From: Eledone cirrhosa
Lineage: Eukaryota
Length of the DNA: 64,000 nucleotides
NCBI GenBank assembly: GCA_964016885.1
Contig: OZ024748.1
Span: forward strand, 16,430,001-16,494,000
Reading direction: 5' to 3'
In this document: piece by piece, positions 53,614 to 64,000 of the stretch
How the letters are laid out: each line of letters starts with the position of its first letter
How positions within the stretch are numbered: position 1 is the first letter of the stretch
Translations under genes and position numbers: made by a program
The notes under the pieces: model-generated
What the model was told of the DNA's origin: nothing
The model's database searches: none
What the model saw: only the letters and a program-made list of their open reading frames with translations

Positions 53614-54205
53614 AACCAAATAAATATATATATTTTTAAAAAAATAAGACTTCAGTTGCATTTTCGATTTCATCCCTTTTTCTTTATACTTCCAGTCGTG
53701 TAGGACACCTCGGTTATTTTTCATTTTGTAAAAAAAACCTCACTTTCTAATATATATATATATATACACATATATACAAACACACACACATATATATATG
53801 TATATATAAATATACATACAAACACATACATACATGCATATACGTGCAAACATACATACAAACAAACAGACGCACACACATACATATATACACACATAGG
53901 CTCATATATATATATATACACATATATACAAACACACACATATATATGTATATAAAAATATACATACAAACACATACATACATGCATATACGTGCAAACA
54001 TACATACAAACAAACAGACAAACACACATACATATATACACACATAGGCTCATATATATATACACACACACACACACATATATACTCATATATCTATATA
54101 TCTGAGTGTGTGTGTGTAGAAATAAAAGTGCCAACGGGCAAATCAATATATTTTCATGAAATAATATTTATATTTATATATACACATAAACCCATGCACA
54201 TACAT

Positions 54206-54268
<63 letters not shown>

Positions 54269-54511
54269 GACATACATGTAGATACATATACATACACACA
54301 CATACTAAAAACACATATACACACACATACTGAAACATATATACACACACACATATATATACATAAACATATATGTACACACATACATATATACACATAT
54401 AGACATAACCATACACATATATACATAGACCCACATATACATAAACACACATGTACATAAACACACATGTACATACATACATATATATATATACAAGACA
54501 TATTTAAATAA

Positions 54512-54554
<43 letters not shown>

Positions 54555-55079
54555 GACACATATATATATCCATACCTATATCTGTAGATTTGGAATTACA
54601 TGACCAGCCAATGATTTTTATGTCTTGAACAATAATATATAATATGTTATTTAAAATGATTTGATAAATAATGGAGGTACATATAGCAACAATTCTTACA
54701 ATATATATTATATTTATAAAGGTTATCGCAGCGTCTATAATTCTTGATGTTCTTAAATTTTGATCTTGCCCCAGGTTGTTATCTATCAAATTAGAATATC
54801 TTTTAGATTTACATTTCTATATTATTTTTTTTTGCATTTTTTTTTTTTTTGCATTTTTTTTTTCATTTTCAACCTATTATAACACATACCAACCTCCAAT
54901 ATCACCTCCCACCTACTCACCCAGAACAACCTCCACCTCCTGCCCACCACCACCAACAACAACAACCAATCTACAATCTAGATTATCTATCTCTCTCCAC
55001 CAACCTCCCCCCTCCGCCCAAACAACAATTATTGTTTCCTTTATCAATAAATAATTTATTTCCTCCATATTCCATAAAA

Positions 55080-55965
55080 CTCTTCTTCCTCCTGCATTTT
55101 CTTCTTTTTCCTCTTTCCCCCTTCTTCACCTTTCCCTTCTTCACCTTTCCTCCATACATCTTATTCATTTCCCCACTTCGTCTTCATCTTTCTTCCCTCC
55201 TTCTTCGTCTTTCTCCCTCCTTCGTCTTTCTCCCTCCTTCTTCATCTTCTCCCTCCTTCATATTCCCCTTCTTCGCCTTCTCCCCTTCCTTCGTCCTCTC
55301 CCCCCTTTGTCTTCTCTCCTTCATCTTCTTCCTCCATCTTCCCCCTCCTTTATCTTCTCCCTCCATCTTTCCCTCTGCTTCGCCTTCCCCCTCCTTTGTC
55401 TTCTCCCTCCTTCGTCTTCCATTTTCTACTTATTTCTTTCAATTCTTATTAATTTCCATCATTTGTCTATCATTCTTCATTCTTTATCTTCTCTGCCATT
55501 ATCTTCGTCTCGTCGTCATCATCTATCTTCAATTTTCCTCATTCTTCATTCTATATCTTGTTCTTTCATTTTTTCTTCTCCACCACCATCATCGTCTTCA
55601 GTTTATATCTTCATTCTTTTCTTTTCTTCTCTCTTTTCTTCATATTTATCCTTCTTCCTTTTTCTTCTTTGCCATCATCTTCGTCTTCATCTTTATTTTC
55701 AGTTTTCTTCACTCTCCTTCATTTTTCTTCACTCATCTTCATTCTTTTCTTCATTCATGTTTATCTTCATCCTTCTTTTTTTATCATTCTTTTTTCTTCT
55801 TCTCCACCATCACCTTCATCTTCATCTTCTCTATCTTCAGTTTTCTTCACTCTCCTTCTTCATTCAATATTTTCTTCATTCGATATCTTCTCTCTTTTTT
55901 CTTCATTAATGTTTATCTTCATTCTTCTTCATTTGAAATATTCTTAATTTTCCTTCATCTCCAGC
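55080..55965. repeat. Polypyrimidine (TTC/TCC/TCA)n low-complexity tract
   Basis: Directly visible; G is very rare on the plus strand. Confidence 0.9.
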
Positions 55966-56199
55966 CCCCCCGTCCGTCCGTCATCTTTTTTCAGAGAGTT
56001 TCACAATTTTATGATCATAAAAAAATATAAAATCTATAAATAATGATAACAAAAATAAAAAAAAGTAATGCTATTAAATAAAATGAAACGAAAAGATAAA
56101 TAAATAAATAGATAAGTAAATAAATAGATAAGTAATAACAACATTGTTTTAGTGGGAAAAATAAATTATCTTTGCTAAACGTTTATCTTCAGGAAATGT

Positions 56200-56555
56200 T
56201 ACTGTTGTTATTGTTCATATTCTTCTTTTTTATTATTAGTGTCATCATTTCTATTACTGTTATTGCTGTTTTTTTTATTATAAGTATTATCCTTTTTCTT
56301 GCCATTATTATTATTATTATCATTGTTATTATTATTATTGTTATTATTATTATTAGTAGTAGTAGTAGTGTCATTATTTTATCATCATCATCATCATCAA
56401 TAGCCAAGAAAGAAATTACCATCATCAATACCATTATCGTTGTCATCAATATTATTATCATCATTATCAATATTATTATTATTATAATCATCATCAATAT
56501 TATTATTATCATTATTATTATTACCATTATCATCTTCATCATTGTTATTGTTTTG
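56200..56555. repeat. Degenerate (ATT/ATC)n tract
   Basis: Directly visible. Confidence 0.9.
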
Positions 56556-56914
56556 AACACTTTTTCCTACAGTAATTTGAACAATTAGGTTTTGACTTAT
56601 TGTACAGAAATTTGTGTGTGGTGTGTGTAGAAAAAATATGTACAGAAATCTGTGTGGGTGTATGTGTGTGTAAGAAAGAATTATGTATAGAATATTTGTG
56701 TGTGTGTGTGTGTATGTGTGTGTGTATGTGTGTGTTTGTAAGAAAGAATTATGTATAGAATATTTATTGTGTGTGTGTGAAGTAAAGATTCTTTTCCATA
56801 GAAATTCATTGTGTAAAGGTTATTAAGTATAAACGACCTCAATGTTTTATTTTGGAGGTTAGCTAGAATATATTTGTTGGTGTCAGGGCTGTTGTCTCCT
56901 GTATACAGAATTAC

Positions 56915-57365
56915 AAGAGAGGAGAGAGTGAGAGAGAGATAGACAGGGAAAGACAGACATGGACCAGCAAAGAGAGGGATAAACAGACAGGAACCAACAG
57001 AGAGAGAGAGACAGAGAAAGACAAACAGGAACCAACAGAGAGAGAGAGAGACAGAGAAAGACAAACAGGAACCAACAAAGAGAGGGAAAGACCTGAACCA
57101 ACAGAGAGAGGCAGAGAGAGACAGGAACCAACCGAGAGAGGGGAGAGAGAGAGAGAGATACAGAGAGACAGAGAGAAAGACAGACAGGAACCAACAGAGA
57201 GAAGAAGAGAGAGAGACAGAGAAAGACAAACAGGAAAAAACAAAGAGAGGGAAAGAAAGATGAACCAACAAAGAGAGAGAGAGAGAGGGAAAGGCAAATT
57301 GGGGACCATCAGAGAGATTGAAAAGAGAGAGAGAAGGGGTGGAAGACAGATGGGGAAAGAGATAG
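56915..57365. repeat. GA-rich tract with a ~40-bp unit
   Basis: Recurrent GACAGAGAAAGACAAACAGGAACCAACAGAGAG. Confidence 0.85.
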
Positions 57366-57902
57366 AAATGCTAAAAGAATGATATTATTTGGTGCTAATT
57401 GCTTTAAATTTATATTCTCAGTTTCACCTCTACTCAAAATGAGTGGAAAACAGTTAATAATTTTTGTAAAAAAAAATTTTTTTTTTATTATTCATATAGC
57501 ATTTTACTTTTCTGTTGTGCAAAGTTGATAAATATAAATATATATTTTTCCAATCATAGCTGTTTCTTTATGTCAAACTTCCATCTACCCCTTGACCTCA
57601 AGTGGCTTCTACCATTAAACACATGGCAGTTTAGAAGCTAGCATGTGATCTCCACCATTTTTCTTTTTAGCTAATTTCATGTCTATAATATGCAATGCTG
57701 TTTAAGCATATGATAAATTTCATTGACTCATTTACCGATGAGTTGCTATCAGATTTATGACAAAAGCAACAACATTTAGATTGTGAACAACTCTTTTGAT
57801 ACCAACTCAGCCGAGCCCATCCCACCCAGCTCAACCCAGCCCAGCCCAGCCCAGCGCAGCCAAACCTGGCTCGAGTTCTATGAAACAAAACCACCCATTT
57901 AA

Positions 57903-58300
57903 AGGCCTAGTGGTAAGGGTGTTGGGTAATAATTTTGTGGGTTTGATTCCTAAGTTGTGTGGTGTGTTCTTGAGCAAAACATTCATTTTACATTGCTCCA
58001 GTATATACAGCTAAATATGAGTACCAGTAATAGCTGGAGGTTTAACCCTGTGATGGATTAGCATTCTGCCCAGGGGGGAGTCTTGTACTCTTAGTTGCTT
58101 CATGCCACAGAAACTGGAATAAGCACCAGCCTGATGATCCTAAAGGTTTGAGGCAGACACTAACCCTGTGATGGACTGGCATCATATGCAGGGTGTGTGT
58201 GTGTGGGGGGGGGGGGGGGGCACCTAGTACTCTCAGTTGCTTCATGCCACAAAAATCAAGATAAACACCAGCCTGGTGAACTTCTGGGCTTGAGACAGAC
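57903..58300 (+). mobile_element. SINE family C with a duplicated 3' (V-like) domain
   Basis: tRNA-like head and CORE-like block. TAACCCTGTGATGGA...GTACTC.CAGTTGCTTCATGCCAC occurs twice (~58043 and ~58161). Confidence 0.7.
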
Positions 58301-58807
58301 TTTAGATATCTTTTCTTTTATTTAGGGTACTAAATTAAGTACCTTAATATTTTTTCCCGTCCACTGCATTCTGATTTCAAATTCCACCATGGTCAAATTT
58401 GCCTTTCATCCATTTGGAATCAATGAATTAAGTACTAATTCTGTAACCATGGATTAGTGAAAATGTTACAAAGTTTGGCCAGATGCTTTGTAGTATTTCA
58501 TCAAACTCTTTGTATTCAGAATTCAACTTCCATCTTCTGCCAGTCACAACTTCTGACAGACAGTATCGGCAATGGATAGACCAATAGAAACATTGTTCCC
58601 TTGGTTTCACCTGATAATCAGCTCCTTTAATTTTCCTACTTTTCAATTCATAATTTCCTATTCATAATTTTAATTGAATCGTAATCCAGGAATTCTGATA
58701 CTTGATGTTACCAAATAAAAGTACTTAAAACTCCGATCATGAATTAATACATGTGACACAGAACACTGAGTACATTTCTTTGTTTTCTTTTCTCTTTCTT
58801 TTCTCCT

Positions 58808-59126
58808 CAGATCTCTACAGATCCTTGCAGTGGGTACTTGATTTATGATTCATGAATTTAATTTGAATGCAAAAATAATTCACATATGCAAGCAGGAGCA
58901 GAAATAGAATAATACAAGAGGGAGGCTTTGCGAGGTTATACAAGCTGCCAACAATAGTAGCCAAACTTCTCCCAACGTACAAATCACTTTAAAACCATAG
59001 GTAATCCCTTGAAAGTTGGTTGAGTCAACTAAGACCTAAGCCCTGATTTTTTAATAATAAAAATACTTTGATTTTTTTCTCTTTATTTTCTCCACAGATC
59101 TCTACAGATCCTTGCAGTGGGTACTT
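58808..59126 (+). other. Two identical 32-bp blocks behind polypyrimidine tracts; candidate duplicated microexons
   Basis: CAGATCTCTACAGATCCTTGCAGTGGGTACTT at 58808-58839 and 59095-59126. Each has a pyrimidine tract and AG upstream and a GTGGGT or GTACTT donor-like site. The duplication is certain; exon status is inferred. Confidence 0.45.
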
Positions 59127-59559
59127 ACTGGAATTGTCAGCTGGTGTTTCATATTTTGCAAACATTCTCCAGGCAATAGCAGCATGTATTCTTCAGAATA
59201 TGTTGCTATAACTAACTTTTTATATCCATATCTATCAATCTCTATGTCTTCATGTCTACCTCTCTAACCCCCTACTTACCTGTATAACCCCCTACCTATA
59301 TAACCCCCTACCTACCAACTTACCTATTTCTCTACCCACATACACCTCTCTCCACCCACCTACCTGCCTACCTATATTTCTCTATCTACCCCCACCTCTC
59401 TCTCCCCCCACCTACCTGTATCTCTCCATATGTCTCTTTCACACACCACACCTGCATCATGTACCCACACAACACATACACAGACATACTTACATACACA
59501 CATGAACCATACCACACATTCACATTCATATACACACAAACACATACATGTGCCCTTCA

Positions 59560-60010
59560 ACACACACACAATATTTGCATAACATTACATACACACACAT
59601 TAAACACACACATTATACACACTACATACACACACAATATTTCCATAACATATACACTTATACTATTACACATATACAAGCGTACACATGCCACTACACA
59701 CACACACACAATATTTCAATAACATATACACACACTATTACACACACCCAACCATACACATGCTACCTCACACACACACACTATTTCAATAACATATACA
59801 CACACTATTACACACACACAAGCATACACATGCCACTACACACACACACACAATATTTCAATAACATATACACACACTATTACACACATACAAGCATACA
59901 CATGCCACTACACACACACACAATATTTCAATAACATATACACACACACAAGCGTACACATGCCACTCTACACACACACACACACACACACAATATTTGC
60001 ATAACATACA
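59560..60010. repeat. CA-rich imperfect tandem repeat (~68-bp unit)
   Basis: CACACAATATTTCAATAACATATACACACACTATTACAC...CATGCCACT recurs 5-6 times. Confidence 0.85.
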
Positions 60011-60162
60011 TTTGTAATATTACATACACACCAACACACACAGATATATTTGCATAAAAACAATAATGATGATAATAATACAAATGTATTATTACACCGG
60101 TTCAGTATAACGACATAGAAAACAACAACAATAATAATAATAGTAATAATAGTAATAATGAT

Positions 60163-60164
<2 letters not shown>

Positions 60165-60196
<32 letters not shown>

Positions 60197-61960
60197 GTTT
60201 AACGTCCATCTTCCACGCTAGCATGGGTTTGGACAGGAATGTTCCAACTTGAGGCAAGTTTGCTTGTCTTGCTCGTACAGGACTGTCTGGCAGGTTTTCT
60301 ATGGCTGGATGCCCTTCCTAACACCAACCACATTTACAGTGTGGACTGGGAGGTTTTTACCGTGTTACCTACACGGCCACATTACAGCGTGGACTGTTTT
60401 TTTTTGTTGTGACACCTACACGACCTAATTTATTTAGGACTGGATGTTGTGGTACCAACATAACTTTACATTGAAAGGGGTGATGTGGATGGGGTGGGGG
60501 GGGGTGTATTTTGGTAAGAGGTGCCTACTGACTGTAGGTTTCGCTTTGCACTTAGGTAAGGTGGGTCTTCTGTATTACTGTGTAGCGCCAAAGATCTCGG
60601 TCCAGTGACATTGTCTTGGAGAGGTGTAAGTGTGCGAGGTCGGAATTTATCAAGTCGTCCCAGGTTTTTCTGGGTCTGCCTACTCCGTGGCTACCATCTA
60701 TTTTGATCGCCCTGCACTTTTTTATACAGCTGTCATCTTTCATACACATCACATGACCATACCAACGTAGTCTTCTCTCGAGTAAACAGCATCTGATCCC
60801 TCTTATTCCTAATTTCTCACTTAGTTCATTTATGCTTTGCCATTCACGTATATTACTATTACACATCCTACAGAGCATGCAAGCTTCGTTCCTCTCCAGT
60901 CTGCGTAGATCCTCTGCACACAATGCCCCAAGTCTCACTGCCATGTAACATTGCTGTTCGTATGCAGGCATCATACAGCCTGCCTTTCATTTTTAGAGAG
61001 AAACCTTTAGCGGCCAATAGTGGTATAAGCTCTCTGAACTTTTTCCATCCCGTTCTGACTCTAGCTATAATACTTTCAGAGCACCCTGCGCCACTGCTGA
61101 TTTTGTCACCCAGGTAACGGAAGGTGTCCACTATTTCTATAGAACCATCTGTGCAATGGAATGGGCTAGTATTCTGTGGGCACTTGCTGCTACTTATTGC
61201 ACCCGAGCACCAGCCACATATAAAATCTATATTCTTAGTTAGCTTATCTGTGATCCCACTACATCTTTTATGCACCCATACTTTGCATTTGGGACATAAA
61301 ATGGAGTTTCTGCCTACTTCTTTCCTATACACTGAGCATGGCCATTTCCCAGATGGGACCAGTGCCCTATTTTCCTTCCTACATACTAGAACTTTAGTCT
61401 TAGACAGGTTAATTTTAAGGCCTTTTGATTCTAGGCCATGCTTCCATGTTTGGAATTTCTTCTCTAGTTCAGCCATTGATTCAGCTATAAGCGTTAGATC
61501 ATGAGCATATAGGAGTTCCCATGGGCAGCCGGTCTTGAACTCCTCTGTTATAGCCTGAAGGGCAATAATAAATAGGTGGGGGCTAAGGACTGAGCCCTGA
61601 TGAACACCAACTTTTACGCTAAACTCTTCACTATATTCGTTGTTAATTCTAACCTTGCTGACTGTTTCTTTATACATGGCTTGTATAGCTCTCACAAGCC
61701 ATTCATCAACACCTAGTTTTCTGAGAGCCCACCAGATAATGGGGCGTGGGACTCTGTCAAAGGTTTTCTCCAAGTCAACAAAAGCTAAGTATAGCGTTTA
61801 CTTTTAGCTAGGTACTTCTGTAGTTGTCGTACAATGAAAAGAGCATCTGTGGTACTTTTACCTGACACAAACCCGAACTGCATTTCATCCAGATCAATTC
61901 GCTCTCTGATTAGTTGCGCTATTACTTTTTCTGTGACCTTCATGACCTGGTCAATTAATT
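60165..61960 (-). mobile_element. RTE-clade LINE: RT domain, Cys/His insert, C-terminus and 3' UTR; frameshifted
   Basis: MQFGFVSGKSTTDALF, AFVDLEKTFDRVPR, GVHQGSVLSP, LLYAHDL (YADD mutated), KINLSKTK, CPKCKVWVHKRCSG, FRYLGD, RRLRWYGHV, GRPRKTW. The 3' UTR ends GGACGTTAAACG(ATG)n. Confidence 0.92.
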
Positions 61961-61997
61961 TATAATAATAATGATAATAATAATAATAATAATATTA

Positions 61998-64000
61998 TTG
62001 GTGTGCAGGGGGTATTGGATTAAAAATATAACATCCCTCCACCCGAAACTGACAACCATGTTCAATGACTGCTTGATGTCAGGTGAGGTACTAGAGTGGT
62101 TGACAAAAGGTACCACAGTTCTGGTAATGAAAGACCGAATCAAGGGTAATGATGTTACCAACTATAGACCTATCACACGTCTGTCCATAATGTGGAAACT
62201 GTTAACAAGCATTGTGTCTGAGGAAATCTACCATCACCTCCACATAAACAACTTGTTACCGGACGAACAGAAAGGATGCCGAAAGAAGTCCTGTGGTACA
62301 AAGGACCAGTTACTTATTGATAAGATGGTAATGAGGAATTGCAAGAGGAGAAACACTGGTCTTGCCATGGGATGGATAGACTACAAAAAGGCATTCGACA
62401 TGGTACCTCATTCTTGGATAACCAAAAGCCTAGAGATCTTCAAGGTGGCAGATAACATCAGACAGTTGTTGGGCAAAAGTATGAAGTCCTGGAAAACAGA
62501 GTTTACATCAGGTGGAGAATCCTTGGGAGGCATGAAGATCAAGAGAGGTATCTTCCAGGGAGATAGTCTGTACCCTCTGTTGTTTGTCCTTGTCCTGATA
62601 CCCCTGACCATTATACTGCGAAAAGTGAGAGCAGGATACAAGTTGGGAAAAGGAGAGCTTACCATCAATCACCTCCTCTTCATGGATGATCTTAAGCTCT
62701 TCGGGAAGAGTGAGAAGAATTTGGATGTGCTTGTTGACACTGTCCGTATTTTCAGCAATGATATATGTATGCAATTTGGTATTAGTAAGTGTGGTGTCCT
62801 TGTGATGAAGAGGGGTAAATTGAGCAGAAGCAACAGAATCCAGGTACCAACAGGTGAGATGATAAAGGAAATTGACACTGAAGAAGGATACAAATATTTA
62901 GGTGTTCTGGAGGCAGATGACATCAAGAACAAAAAAATGAAGGAATTGATAAGATCTGAGTACATTCGGAGAGTAAGGAGCATATTAAAATCACATCTGA
63001 AAAGTAGGAATGCCATAAGTGCAGTAAATTCCCGAGCTGTGTCTATTATTAGGTACAGTGCGGGAATGTTGCTGAACAAAAAGAAATGAATAGGAAGACT
63101 AGGAAGCTATTGACTATCTACAACATGTTCCACAAGAGGAGTGATGTCAATAGACTCTACTTAAGGAGATCTGAAGATGGAACAGGTCTTATCAGCATAG
63201 AGGACTGTGTTCAGATGGAGAAAAACAACCTACACAAATACGTGACTGATAGTAGGGAGCCAATGCTCAGAATTGTATTGAAGGAGAGGACAGTAGACCA
63301 GGGATATCCAAGGGGGAAATAACAACAAGGAGAAAGGCAACCTTCATGAAAAATCCCTTCATAGTACCTTCTTTGAGAAAACTGAATTTAGAGATCCACA
63401 GACATAGAACTGGTTGAAAAGAGGAGACCTTAAAAAGGTTACAGAAGGAATGCTAATGGCTGCACAAGCGCAGGCCCTCAAAACGAAGTGGGTAAAACAC
63501 CATATTTACAAGGAGTATAAATACCTAGCCCAGACTCACTATAAAGGCTGGAGACATGATGTGATGTGCAGGGTGATCCTCTGGCACCTATGCAAAGTAA
63601 ACAATTTACCACATTCTGAGAAGTGGCCAGAGTCGGTGATAGAAAACGATCAGGTGAAGGTGCTGTGGGATTTTAGGATACAGACGGACAAGAAACTGGA
63701 ACACAATAGACCTGACCTGGTAGTTTTGGACAAGGAAAAAAGATCGTACCTGATTGTAGATGTAGCCTGCCCATTCGACACAAGAGTGCAAGAGAAGGAG
63801 AGGGAGAAAATTAACTGATACCAGGACTTAAAGTGGGAGGTAAAAAGGATTTGGAACTGCTATGAAGTCAAAGTGGTCCCGACTGTCATAGGCGCACTAG
63901 GTACTATCTCAAAGAGTTTCCAAGGATGGTTAAAGAAAGTTGGTCCAGCCCCGCTTTTTGGAACACTTCAAAAGGCATGCTTGCTGGGAACAGCAAGAAC
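61998..64000 (+). mobile_element. R4/Dong-like non-LTR element (RT plus restriction-like endonuclease), decayed, running off the window
   Basis: NYRPIT, EQKGCRKK..GTKDQLLID, WIDYKKAFDMVPHSW, RGIFQGDSL, HLLFMDDLKLF, YKYLG, then RHD, LWDFRIQTDKKLEHNRPDLVV, DVACPFD, KE.EK. Stops and frameshifts after 63089; the CCHC knuckle is missing. Preceded by (TAA)n. Confidence 0.9.

Larger units (their letters stand above)
51420..53750 (+). mobile_element. 5'-truncated Penelope-like retroelement (Neptune-like) with inverted pseudo-LTRs, in (TA)n
   Basis: 239-bp inverted repeats (51420-51658 / 53450-53688; no difference seen by eye), a ~60-bp 3' tail, TA runs on both sides and an internal GIY-YIG ORF remnant. 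Confidence 0.9.

Noticed and set aside
54849-56588. 393-aa and other Phe/Leu/Ser/Ile-rich membrane-like ORFs
   Set aside because: Polypyrimidine and (ATT)n tracts; a compositional artefact.

Overview
Very AT-rich, repeat-saturated animal genomic DNA. The SINE families, RTE LINE tails and dense (TA)n/(CA)n tracts look cephalopod (octopus-like); this is an inference from remembered repeat families. I found no intact host gene, rRNA, tRNA gene or CRISPR array, and almost all ORFs in the track are translated microsatellites. Protein homology is limited to decayed retroelements: a 5'-truncated Penelope-like element (RT thumb, Zn-linker, GIY-YIG) between 239-bp inverted pseudo-LTRs at 51.4-53.7 kb, a Naiad-like Penelope C-terminal fragment at 26.2 kb, an L1/Tx1-like 3' end inside (GATA)n at 32 kb, an RTE LINE at 60.2-62.0 kb (-) and an R4/Dong-like RT+RLE element at 62.0-64.0 kb (+). 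There are also tRNA-derived SINEs, TTAA- and TA-type MITEs, and 34-, 48- and 75-bp minisatellites. The most interesting signals are: (i) a minimal hammerhead ribozyme with a compensated U3-A8 core in the pseudo-LTRs; (ii) small 'long hairpin + tail' elements embedded in (TA)n that share the Penelope architecture, some with hammerhead cores; (iii) a 32-bp exact duplicate behind two diverged polypyrimidine tracts that looks like a tandemly duplicated microexon.
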